Of a DNA stretch of 64,000 nucleotides, positions 11,901-23,610 are shown piece after piece. Position 1 is the first letter of the stretch; each line of letters begins with the position of its first letter. The translations under genes were made by a program, and so were the position numbers. The notes beneath the pieces were generated by a model. It saw only the letters and a program-made list of their open reading frames with translations, made no database searches and was not told the origin of the DNA. This DNA is from Macrostomum lignano (Eukaryota), in the NCBI GenBank assembly GCA_002269645.1, contig NIVC01000385.1:372001-436000 (forward strand). Direction: 5' to 3'.

Positions 11901-12671
11901 AACCAAAACAATGACTGCATAATGAAAACACAGGTAAAATAGGTAAGTGACTCTTAGACGACTCTAAAACGACAAGATGTCACCAAGAGTCAATTTGGGA
12001 CGTTTTTATTGTCTGCGACTCTGGGGCGTTTCTTGAATGACTCTGGGGCCGTAAAGTCGTATCTGAGGCGTGCCAGAGTCGCTTTAGAAACACCGAGTTG
12101 CATCTAAAGCGCATCTGCATCAGTTTATGAATTTGAATCTCATTCGCATTTATAAAAACTTTAGTGGACTGAAGTTAATAGAAAGTAAAGGTCTAAACAC
12201 GATTATTGGACGACATTTTGTGGCTCCTACAGATCTACAGCTCAATTGATGCGACCATCACTCAAGTCGCCTCTCCGTTGCATTGCAGTCGTTGGAGCAG
12301 TTTAAAAGCCTCTAGAGTAGTTTATAGAGTCGTTAGTCACTAGTGAGTTATTTTCAATTACTCTAGCGATTCGTATCACAGTAACGTTCTCAGTGCACAC
12401 TGAGTGACCTTTGCCAACTATCAACCAAACTATTGACATTTCAAATAATCAAAGCGAACTTACCTGCTGTATCAAGCACATCAAGCAAGTACCATTCGTT
12501 ATCAATCATCTTAAACTGGATATAAGAGTCCTCAATCGTGGGATCATAATCTTGCACAAACATCTTCTGGAAGTACTGAATTGTCAAAGCGCTTTTCCCA
12601 ACGCCACCATTTCCCACTACAACAAGCTTGAACACTGTGCCATCATCGCTGTTGGGTGGGCGACCAGCCAT
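8912..12671 (-). CDS. MRAS: M-Ras/R-Ras3-like small GTPase, copy B; exons 12671-12464, 11780-11542, 9076-8912
   Basis: G1 GNGGVGKS, effector [10 protein letters not shown]3 DTAGQ, G4 NKVD, G5 ETSAKDPP (the DPP insertion is typical of M-Ras), basic tail and CaaX CELM. Exons of 208, 239 and 165 nt join in phase. Confidence 0.9.
9140..11458 (+). mobile_element. Degenerate Ty3/Gypsy pol remnant (RT, RNaseH, integrase) with a putative short 3' LTR at 11361-11458, in MRAS-B intron 2
   Basis: [38 protein letters not shown] (decayed YIDD), D HKP-like RNaseH motif, HHCC-type ..[19 protein letters not shown]. Many stops and frameshifts. LTR-like segment runs tgtag..aataaa..ctaca. Confidence 0.85.
10146..10411 (+). 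mobile_element. Solo LTR (266 bp) nested in the Gypsy remnant
   Basis: tgtt..aaca termini, perfect 5-bp TSD cgaca (10141-10145 and 10412-10416), second copy at 58038-58300. Confidence 0.9.
11905..12410. repeat. Dispersed unclassified repeat rich in GACTC/GAGTC (also 16395-16745, 35965-36525, 43575-43790)
   Basis: Shared blocks caggtaacacaggtaaaa, gtgactct..gactctaaaacgac, cgattctgcaactcac in four places. Confidence 0.75.
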
Positions 12672-12809
12672 TGTGCCTGGCAGTAATGCAGCAATTTGGA
12701 AGACGAATATTCTTAGAAATTATTTCAGTTTTGCCTACAACTATGCATATGCTACAAAGACACAAGAATGAGGAACACTGTAGGGGATTTTAAAGGATAT
12801 CTTACACTT

Positions 12810-13025
12810 CTAAAATATACAATCACACGAGGATTGAGGGCTGACTCCTGAACACATACAAGCGCGCCAACACTGTACGCAGGCACGGCACTCGTACACA
12901 CGCTCACACAGGGTGTACAGCGGCCTTGTGACTTCTAATCGTGCGGCATGTACACTCTCTGTGCCTTGGGGCTGGGCCTTCTCATGGGTGCGACCAGCTA
13001 GGGTCGCGCTTCCCAGCCTACTTAT
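12810..13025. repeat. Dispersed unclassified repeat (also 29245-29310, 33915-34080, weaker 20270-20335)
   Basis: Shared cgtacacacgctcacacagggtgtacagcgg..tgtgactt..gcatgtacact..ctctcatg block. Confidence 0.7.
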
Positions 13026-14207
13026 ATGAATATTGAAATAAAAATTCACTCTACAACTTATTTATCAAATATCATAAACACGAAAGCAACAACAACAGAA
13101 AGCTTGGACGAATTTTAGATATCTATAATATTTATATTTAAAGTTGAATTTCTAACAAATAAGTTTGCTAGCCTTAATTAGTGCATTTCATTAGATCACA
13201 TAAATATGTCAAACAGTCACTTTGCTGCGCAGAAGTCAAGGCATACGGCTTACGATCTTCTGTTAAACATTGCAGTTTTAAGCTTAATAATCTTCCCGTC
13301 TACTAATGAGTAAGAATATTGGCAGAGTAAATGTCTATATAACCATGAGCAAATTCCAACAACATGGAGAATAACATTAAAAACACGTATACTCGCAAAG
13401 AATATAACACATAGACGGAACAAGCAATAAAATCGCTACCCGTTAGTTCCATGCTACAAGCTAAATTAAAAACCAACACTTGTTCTATGAAAACATTGAG
13501 CTGAATTCATTCACTAAGACAATTTTAGGAAGCCACACACAAACGAAACAAACGTAAAAAACTTGTTACGTTTAAAAACAATGGTATTTAAATATGGAAA
13601 GCAGGGTTGAAAAGCCAATCAGTTTTAGCAGTCAATATTAGTAGGCGGCGCTGCTAATCTAATCAATTTCTTGTAGATATTATTCTTGGCATACTACTTA
13701 TATCCATCCTAGGTTGAAGTAGTATACACAGAATTGGAAAATGTATTTACGTGACATTACCAGTTAAAAAATACACGCATTTTTATGGCACCAAAAAGTT
13801 CCAAATACCACTAAAAATAACGGTAAAAGCGACCAAATGAGCATGTTAAAATACAATAAAGAATTTAATAAAATTCATGGGGATAAAATAAACTGGCAAA
13901 AAAGCGCACTTTAACGCTACACAAAAATAAATAAAAGTTTGAAAATCAAACAAACAAAAAAATTTTCGAGTTCAAATTTACCTATCCAGATATCATTGAA
14001 TAAGGTTAGACAAAATTAACAAATACAATAATATTAATAAAGTTAGATACGCTGTCTAAAAGGTAGGCAGTAGAATAATAGGGTTTTAACGTCTTTTTTC
14101 ACTGTAAATAAACAACAAAAAGCCGCAATGTAATGCTAATTAAGGGTTATTGTCAGGCTGGTGAATTTACTGGCTTATTTACACATATTTTTGCCTAGCA
14201 ACCAGAT

Positions 14208-17001
14208 TTACATGAGCTCGCATTTGAGTTTGCGCCCCGCGCCTCTGCGCCGTTTTTTCTCTTTCGCCGGTGCCGCCTCGCGTGGCTGATTTCGAACAAT
14301 TCGTACAATTGTGTTGAACGCTTCATCAACATTGAATGGCGGATCTTTGGCGCTGGTCTCGATGTACTGGATCTGAGGGCGGGGGTTCGATAACCGATTC
14401 TTGAGATTTTTATGATCGATCGTTGGAGCTTTGACGGGCGATTCTCGGGGCTTTGACGGGTAATTCTCGAGACTTTGATTGGCGATTCTTGGGGTTTTGA
14501 CGGGTAATTCTCGAGACTTTGATTGGCGATTCTTGGGGTTTTGACGGGTAATTTTTGAGACTTTGATTGGCGATTCTTGGGGTTTTGACGGGTAATTTTT
14601 GAGACTTTGATTGGCGATTCTTAGGGCTTTGATTGGCGATTCTTAGGACTTTGACGGGCGATTGTTGGGGCTTTGATGGACGATTGTTGGGGCTTTGACG
14701 GGCGATTCTTGGGGCTTTTATCGGCGATTTTAAGTGGCTTTGATGAGCGATTTTGAGGTTTAATAGCCGTTTGTTAAGGCCTCGATAGGAAATTTTTATT
14801 AGCTTGATGGGTAATTCTTTGTGGTGTATGAAATATTTCAGCACTCCTATTCCGACATGACTTACATTATTTTCAAATAAAAGTTAACACTATAATTAAC
14901 ACTACAGGACATCTGTTATCTGTATTAAATGCAGTAGTTGCAAGAAAGCCAGGTCAGCCGGAAACCCAGTTATTCAGTTAACTGAACTGCACCTTCCTGA
15001 CTAGATTATTAAAAGCTAAGAAGCGCCAAGACCCACTAATCCTTATATATTGCAGGTATCTAAGTTTTCTTTTCACAAAAGCTAGTAGGGCCAACTTCCG
15101 GTTTGCCAAGAAAAGCGTGGCAGCTGCCGAAAAAGCACTCAACAGTTTATAATAAACATTTCTTCTGCACAAACAATTCGTTAGCCTTGATCTCAGCGAT
15201 AAGTGAATTCAAGCAGCCAAATTATAACATAATTTGCACATTAGTTTAACAATATTAGCTCATTACATTTGATAGGTTAAACTGCAGTTTAGACAGACTA
15301 GATAGTCGTAGTTGAAATGAAAAAAATCCTACTATCAAATACATCAACTTATGCTTGCTGAACAGAAAAGTTTTCCTGAGCCAGTAAACTATTACTGCTG
15401 CTACTTCTATTAACTACTATTTTTGTCTAAATTTGGGGTCAGCAAACTCTGGATCAGAAGCCACATGCGGCCCGCAAAGCCTCTCTATCCGGCCCTCGGG
15501 TGGGTCCGGGAAGCATCACAATAGCAATCCCGCCCGCTCAATGTTTCTCTTCTCAGCTCTCTTCTCTCTTCTCTCTTTCTCTCTAATCTCGCCTCTCCTA
15601 TCCTCTCCTCCTTTCCTCACTCAACTCGTCTCTCACCCCTCCTCTTTCCTTTCTTATCTTGCCTCTCCCCCTTTCTCTTTCTTCCCTCATCTCGCCTCTC
15701 CCCCACCTTCCTCTTTCTTCCCTCATCTCGCCTCTCCCCCACCTTCCTCTTTCTTCTCTCATCTCGCCTCTCCCCCACCTTCCTCTTTCTTCTCTTATCT
15801 CGCCTCTCCCCCACCTTCCTCTTTCTTCTCTCATCTCGCCTCTCCCCCTTTTCTCTCTCTTCTCTCATCTCGCCTCTCTCCCTCTTCTCTCTATGGCACG
15901 CAGTCAGTCACAGACTGATTCTATTAAGATGAGGAAATATTTAATCCAACGAACTCACTTTAAGTTGACTTGCCAGGGCTTTGCCCTCGTCCTCAAACAC
16001 CTGCCTCAGATGCACGAGATCCACCTTGTTAGCCAGTAGAATCATTGGATAATTATCGCGATCTTTAACGCGCAAAATTTGCGTATGAAAATGTCGAATA
16101 TCTTCGAAACTTTTTTGATCAGTAACGGAATAGACTAACAGAAAGCCGTCGCCTTTGCGCATGTACTGCTCTCGCATGGCTGAGAACTCCTCTTGTCCTG
16201 GAGGTAAGTCATTGCAAATCGTTGATATAAATGCTAATTATCCTAGGTTTTTTGGCATCAAAGTTGTCATCACAGATTAATAATGAGTTCAATGTCAGAT
16301 TAGAACAGATTTAGACCAGCATGTACAACCACAAAGTGACAGTTAACCCCGGAGTATGCAAATTTGGTACAGTGACCCTGAATTTTTATTGTTAAAGTAC
16401 GTGTGCTGTGGCAGCAAATCAAGTCAATGACTGCCCGATAAAAACGGTAGCTACCTAGGCCAGGAAGCGTCCCAGAGCCACTTGCATTGCCTCAGAGTCG
16501 TTACAGGTAACACAGGTAAAATACCGTAGGAAAGAATTGACTTTTAACGGCTCTAAACGAAGAGACGTCACAGTACAAGTCGTCAAAAGTCAATTTAGGA
16601 CGTCTGCAGCAACCCTTTTACGATTCTGCAACTCACGTTATGCGCTCGTGTCCATGACTCAACAGTTGCCAACCTGTTGCATTGCAGTCGTTTGAGCCGT
16701 CAAAAGGCTTCAGGAGTCGGCCTGAGTGCACACTCAGTGACCTTTGCCAACTAACTAAACTATTGACATTTCAAATAATCAGAGCGAACTTACCTGCTGT
16801 ATCAAGCACATCAAGCAAGTACCATTCGTTATCAATCATCTTAAACTGGATATAAGAGTCCTCAATCGTGGGATCATAATCTTGCACAAACATCTTCTGG
16901 AAGTACTGAATTGTCAAAGCGCTTTTCCCAACGCCACCATTTCCCACTACAACAAGCTTGAACACTGTGCCATCATCGCTGTTGGGTGGGCGACCAGCCA
17001 T
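14208..17001 (-). CDS. MRAS: M-Ras/R-Ras3-like small GTPase, copy A; exons 17001-16794, 16197-15959, 14372-14208
   Basis: Same exon sizes (208/239/165) and motifs as copy B; [17 protein letters not shown] stop. Confidence 0.9.
14395..14800. repeat. 22/44-bp minisatellite in MRAS-A intron 2
   Basis: Alternating cgattcttggggttttgacggg / taattctcgagactttgattgg units. Confidence 0.9.
15433..15895. mobile_element. hAT-like MITE with an expanded internal CT/AG tract (family also at 37890-38014 and 43799-43943)
   Basis: Terminus ggggtcagcaaact / caggggtcggc / caggggttggcaaa..gtttgccgac; shared tcacaatagcaatccggcccgctca; polypyrimidine array at 15545-15892. Confidence 0.7.
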
Positions 17002-17469
17002 TGTGCCTGGCAGTAATGCTGCAATTTACAAAATTGTGCATATGGTCCATTCAAAATGCTTTGAAACTGGCAACATTCATTCATTCCTACTGTTCTTTTA
17101 AAGTCTTCAAGTCCTAATTACTAAGTGGCCAATATTACTAGATAAAAAATATGCATTCCTTTAACCATATTTGAATCTAAATGTTTTGTCTTAAAACCTC
17201 TACACTATACCTTTCCAGAGCCATGTTTGAAGCTATAACAGAACTCTACTAGTAAAAGTAGTAGGTCTAGCTTAGTCTATTATACAAAAATTAATTGTTG
17301 TATTTCAATAATTATGGTTATAAATATAGTATATAGTATATTTATCATCAAAAGATTAATAAAATGGGTACTAAAAGCAACTATAAATATGCTTACATAT
17401 GCTTTTAAAATCCTATGATTTGGACAAGGTTATAAATATTAGATAAAAAGTAATCTAGATTATCAACTA

Positions 17470-17765
17470 AGTGACTCTCTTTGGCCACTATCATTATATA
17501 TATATAACATTAAAATATAGATACATTACATATATCATTAAAATTGGATATAGAGTTTTTTGCTACGCATAATTAAATCTTGCTTGGATGCAAATATACT
17601 TAGAAAGTTTTATATGTTTTATATATGTACTATATATACTTTTATAAAACTTTTAATACACAATGGGCACTATTATATGTATGACAGTAATTTGTCTATA
17701 TATATGTTTATCATATATTATTGTCATATATATAATGCTAGTGCCAGTGGCCAAAGAGAGTCACT
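17470..17765. mobile_element. AT-rich MITE, probably Tc1/mariner type
   Basis: Perfect inverted repeat agtgactctctttggccact / agtggccaaagagagtcact, flanked by TA on both sides. Confidence 0.75.
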
Positions 17766-17804
17766 TAGAGTTTAGACTCTTATACTCTTATAAATATTCT
17801 TAAT

Positions 17805-19199
17805 TAGGGGTCAGACGGGATCTCGATATCCATCCAAAAAACTCAGGATCCCGAAGAAAATTGGGATCCTGATCCCGACAACTTTAATTTTGGGAATCGG
17901 GATAGGCTAATGTCATTTTTGTTTTTTTTTCTGCAAAGTAGGTTTTTGCCATAGTCATTTTACTAGAGATATTTAAGTGAAACAAATTGTTTAAACTATC
18001 GTTTCAAGCCCCTTGCCAAAGAAGTCAAGCTACTGTTACTTCAATATCATAGCAACACAATATAACAAGGTAAGTCAAATGGTTTATTTAAGTGCTGACT
18101 GTTTTGAGTTAGTACTAGTTTCAGTCAAATTTGTTTTTGTTATAGGTAGGCATAGAATTTTTTTGAATAATTAATACAGGTGCGTGAATGTTGAAGCATC
18201 GTTACGTTTACATGTTTGTACTTTGTACTGTTAGCAATATTGCCATTATATTGCCACATACACATGTATTTCATTTTGCATAAGCAGTAAATCGAATGTA
18301 AAAAGTGAGTATTGGTCATACTAAACTTGGTTGTTCTGCATTTTGATTTTGGAAAATTTCAATTTTGAGTTTGGAAAGTTAACAAATTTTGATTTCGAGA
18401 AAACTGCTCTTTTGGGACATCTCTAATAATCCTAAAGTGCGGGAAATTAATTTGACTCTATTCTAAAGCGCGCGTCCACGGGTTTTCAACATTTATTCCA
18501 ATAGGGATGATAGGCATAGGCCTACTACTAATAAATACTATTGGATTCATTAGTCATCAATATTTTATGGCACAACCACAATACAAAAATTCCAGTATTA
18601 GAATTTAGTTTCATTTAGAATTTTTTTGTTTTGAATTTGATTAGCCAAGGACTGAATTTTTAATTTAAGAACATTTTCTATCAATAAAAAAATCGTTTAA
18701 TTCATCAGAGTATTGATTACATTAAAAATATTATGAAAAAAGTAACACTTGATTTAATTATGAACTTGTAATTTACATTTAATTAGTAATATTATGTAAA
18801 TGTAAATTATGCATACATGCAAACAAGAAATGTTATAAGAGTTATAATATATATTTTACTGATTGTCTCATTTATGTTGGTCCAGTGGACCAGTCCTATG
18901 GGATATGGACTAGTCTAGTAGTTAGTTATTGGACATTGGTTGGTATTAGTATTGGTACTAATTCTAATTTCTAACATTCATAACATAAGAATTAGGATAT
19001 AAATGTATTATTTACCTAGGCATATAGTGGGTATACAATATACATATATGTTGATATGGATGGACTTTGGGTATGGTATTTGTATCCATATGGAGTTCAG
19101 AATCATTTGCCCTTATCCTGAATCCTGATTCCCAATCCCAATTTTTTTTCAATCCTGATCCTGACTGATCCCGAAAATTTTGATCCCATCTGACCCCTA
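17805..19199. mobile_element. Non-autonomous hAT element, 1395 bp
   Basis: TIRs taggggtcagacgggatc / gatcccatctgaccccta, gatccc subterminal repeats, perfect 8-bp TSD ttcttaat (17797-17804, 19200-19207). Confidence 0.92.
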
Positions 19200-22100
19200 T
19201 TCTTAATAGGCCCTACTCCTATTTATTTAAATATATATTCTTATAAATATTGCTTTCTTGTTATTTAGAATAGAAAGCTTTTATATTATATATTTATATT
19301 TTTTAATATTTAGTATCCTACACTTTTGGTATCTTATATTTTTAAGGACATTCAATGAAACCATGATACTGTCTCTGGCTTTGCCAGTTCGCCTAGTCTA
19401 ATAGCTTTTTTGTCTTAGGGCCTACATTTGATTTTAGCATGCACTCAACATGATCCAAAAGTATAGGCCCTAGGCCTTTTTATAAAAACTTTTAGTATAC
19501 AACAGGCACTATTAGAATAAATTTTTTAATATAACGATTAGACAAGATAAATAGATATTCTAGCAATTGTAGCCTATGCTAAGGCCTAATGGGCCTATAT
19601 CATCTTTTATTTAATAATGTATTTATTTAGCTTTAGCATTAAATGGCTTTTGTTTGCTTAGCTATATTAAAGACTTATTTTATTTAAGAATATGACTCTG
19701 TCATAAGCTAGGCTACAAAGCTATTTGTTATACTGCACTATATTTTTTCATTTTTGCCATTTATTGACTAGGCCTTATTATTATTATAATATATTGTCAT
19801 TTTCATTATGGGCTATAGGGCCTAGTTAGGGCCTATGCTATATTATGTTATAATAATACCATGATAATTGTACTTTTGTACCTAGTTTTATAGTTTTCTA
19901 GATTATAAATATAGTTTTTTTAGTTCAAAGCAATAAATATTTGATTGTATAACTGCAAGTTCTATTGTTAATTTAACATAATTGGAGGCTATACCTTATA
20001 CTATAGGCCTAGAGTGACTAGACAATATGACATACATGTGACATACATAAATTACAATTATTAGGCCTATATTATGTGACATAAATTATAGGCCCTATGG
20101 CTATAGCAATTTAGAACTTTCTCATTGTAAAATGTCAGGAATATTCACTGTGTTTTAAGCCTGGCCTATTAGGTCTACTGGCAGTTGGTTGGGTTGGGGA
20201 TAAGGATGCAGGCAAGATTAGGGCATAGGCTGCACCTGCAAGCTGTGCAAGTCCCCTAGGCCTAGGCTAGTCCATTGAAATCACTCTGTGGGGTTGGCTC
20301 TCATGGGGTGGGTCGAATCTTAGAAACCTAGCCACCTACACCAATTTTTGTACATGAAGCCCCAAAATCAATTCATTTTAATGTAAGCAGAATCAACCCA
20401 GGGCCAGGGTCGACATCGTGGTGCAAGAGTCAAACGGCAAACGCTTATTACACTGTTTTTACAGCCAAGCTACTCTGCCCATGGGGCCTTGAATGGGTCT
20501 ATAATAATAAGTTGATTGGTTGAGGCTCACACCTCATTTGAGTTACTTATTAATTTATTATGAGATGAAGTATTAAGTATAAATCAGAGTCAAAAGAATA
20601 TGCCTTAGCCCTGTCCCTAGACTAGACCCTAGGTAGGCTAGGCCTAGCCTAGGGCTTAGTGGCCCTAACGCTTAGCCTTAAGCCCCTAGCATTAAAAGCT
20701 TGCTTGAATAAATTAATGAATTGCTTAATTAGTTACTGCTTATTCGTATAAGCCTGGCCCTAAGGCTTTGCCGTGTGGCTACTGGCTAGTCTGCACCTGC
20801 CAGAGGCAGGGCCTCGTTTTCTGCAAGTTACTACTAAGTGCATGTCTATTTAATTTTTTTATCTTTACAACTCAGAACATCCTTCGCAAATAGTTATCTA
20901 TAGTTCATCTTTACTTGATTAATTTTTATACAGCTTGTAATAAAGAAGTTTAATTTTATGCGAGTGCAAAAACCTTGCTTTACACGGTTTATTTTTGTTT
21001 TAATAAATGTGTAAGTTTTGGTATTATTTTAATTTTAAGTCCATTTTGTTAAGGTCAGCCAAGGCCACTCGTGCATCAATGCATTACAATCTGCAGCTGC
21101 AGTCCTTCTATTCTCGTACTTATCTACTACTCGATTAATCTATTCAATTTCTATAGCTTGCACCATATCAATTGGCTGCCATGCAGCCTGCAGGTTGTTA
21201 AATAAATATATATACATGTAGCTTAGCTTGTTTGTTGCATCATCACTACTTAGGATGCTCAGAATAAGACATAAGTACGTGTATAGTAGTATATATTGAT
21301 TTTGTTGAAACATGTATCTTGTGGCCTTTTATAGTCGGTTAACGTCATCGATATTACCATTACTCAGCAGCAGTATCAGTCAGACTAGACAAATAAAAGA
21401 AATTCATATAGCTTATATAATCACTGCTGTCGCCTGTCGGTGAAGCAATATCTAGATAAAACTGTGCCTAATGACAATTTGAACCCTACATTTACAGCAC
21501 CTGTACATGCATGTCGGAAACGCAGCTCAGAGATTGGCAATAGAACTGAATTTCACTGCGCTGCCGTCATAACATTTTTGCTGTCCCGTTCAGGATTTTC
21601 CAAATTCAAATGTCATTTGAACAATTAGCACACAAAGCTTCACACAAAGCAAATAATGGTCGACTTGGTGAAGTCGCAAAGATACAGCAGCGTGATGTTT
21701 AAAACAGTTTTTTCTAATTATTTAATTACAAGATTGATCCTTCTCCGGCACCCATCGCTGCAGCGCAGGACAGCAGCTGATCGATCAAGTTGAAAGCAAT
21801 TGAATATTGGACAATCTAGCCAGTCACATTTCGTGTTCCACGCCCGAACTGATCAACCTCCAGCGGACCGCCGCTTCGTATTATCGTTGTGCGCCCATGG
21901 TCAACAAATGAAAAATCCTAATTAAATATACGCAGTACTTTTCAGACACGGTCACAGAAATGCATGATGAACAATTTTACAATGCTACTGTACTAGTACT
22001 ACTAGTATAGTCTGGCAAGTTGATAGACAAACAACTAACGATCGCTACGAATACGAGTTCAAATACAGAAATTTCATTGAGAATTTAATTTTTAAAGTTA

Positions 22101-22635
22101 AAAAAGAAAGTTCTGTTTATCTAGAATTTATACAAATTTAAACAGCCAATAAAAATTAGGACTTGCTTTCATTAGCCAGAAAATATTACATGTGAACCAC
22201 TCGTAGAAATCTGCGCCCCATTGTTGGGGATGCAATAAAGAATGGAGTAAACGTTTTTTATTAAACTACATATGTACTGGTAGCTTCTGACCTCTCAGCC
22301 AAATGAGCAATTCCCCCGTAAGCCCTGACATCTCAGCAATTCACCCCGTTAGCCTGACATCTCAGCAATCCCCCACCCTCTAAGCGTTGACATCTCAGCA
22401 ATTCCCCAAGCCTTGACATCTCAGCAATCCCCCCAAGCGTTTTACAATGACGTGTACCGTACACCGCATGTGAACATATGCCCGCGGACGTAACATTGTG
22501 CATGCTCAGGGGTCAGCCTTGGTTTGCTAAATTACGCTCGTAAAAGACACTATAAAATAAAGCTTTTCTGTTCTCTCATAAACAAGTAATGAAGTGATAT
22601 TTTCACTCAAACGATACCAATGGATACCACTGGTC

Positions 22636-22667
22636 GTTGCCAGGGAGATTCCGTTGCTATGGGCAAC
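22636..22667. promoter_or_regulatory. Tandem RFX X-box-like motifs upstream of the orphan membrane gene
   Basis: gttgctatgggcaac (22653-22667) closely resembles the X-box GTTGCCATGGCAAC; gttgccagggagat (22636-22649) is a weaker second site; about 270 bp upstream of ATG 22933. Confidence 0.5.
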
Positions 22668-22932
22668 CCATTCAAGTAAAGGTAATTCTTAGCCATCTAT
22701 CAGATCTCACCAGATTGAATGCCTAATGCAGGTTTTGTTAAATTATTCATTACAAAAAGAAGGACTGCGGTCCCTTGATTAGTCCAATCGCAGGTGTGTG
22801 TGTGATTGGTCTGAAGATACAGGTAAAAACATTTTCTCTCCAGCTAATCCACATTTATATACGAAGTATATTGAGCAAGCTCTGAATACTATCCTTACAT
22901 ACCGACTACTCCAACAGTTAAAAAATTGCAGC

Positions 22933-23089
22933 ATGAATGTTACCAAGCAAACAATTCTACAAATTTTTGTTGTTATTTACTTAAAAGCTGCACTTGTTAG
23001 TGCTGGTAATGATGTGTTCTTGCAATTCTACATGAATCAAGTGACACTGGTAAGTATATACAAGCATACAAACTGTCTGACAGACAGGC

Positions 23090-23122
<33 letters not shown>

Positions 23123-23287
23123 CACGTACAGACAGACAGACAGACAGACAGACACACAGACAGACACACAGACAGACAGACAGACACACAGACAGACAGA
23201 TAGACAGACAGACAGACACACAGACAGACACACAGACAGATAGACAGACAGACAGACACACAGACAGACAGACAGACAGACAGACAC

Positions 23288-23346
<59 letters not shown>

Positions 23347-23407
23347 CAAAGACAGACAGACACACAGACAGACACACAGACAGACAGACAGACAGACAGA
23401 CACACGT

Positions 23408-23486
<79 letters not shown>

Positions 23487-23567
23487 CACAGACAGACAGA
23501 CAGACAGACAGACACACAGACAGACAGACAGACAGACACAAAGACAGACAGACACACAGACAGACAC

Positions 23568-23610
<43 letters not shown>

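Noticed and set aside
14410-14844. 144-aa basic repeat ORF
   Set aside because: Lies in MRAS-A intron 2 and mirrors the 22/44-bp array.
21640-21905. GC-richer patch with short open frames
   Set aside because: No consistent splice and phase model or recognisable motif on either strand.
22470-22560. Possible spliced-leader RNA or snRNA gene
   Set aside because: No convincing match to SL or Sm-class snRNA sequences that I can recall; an Infernal/Rfam scan would be needed.
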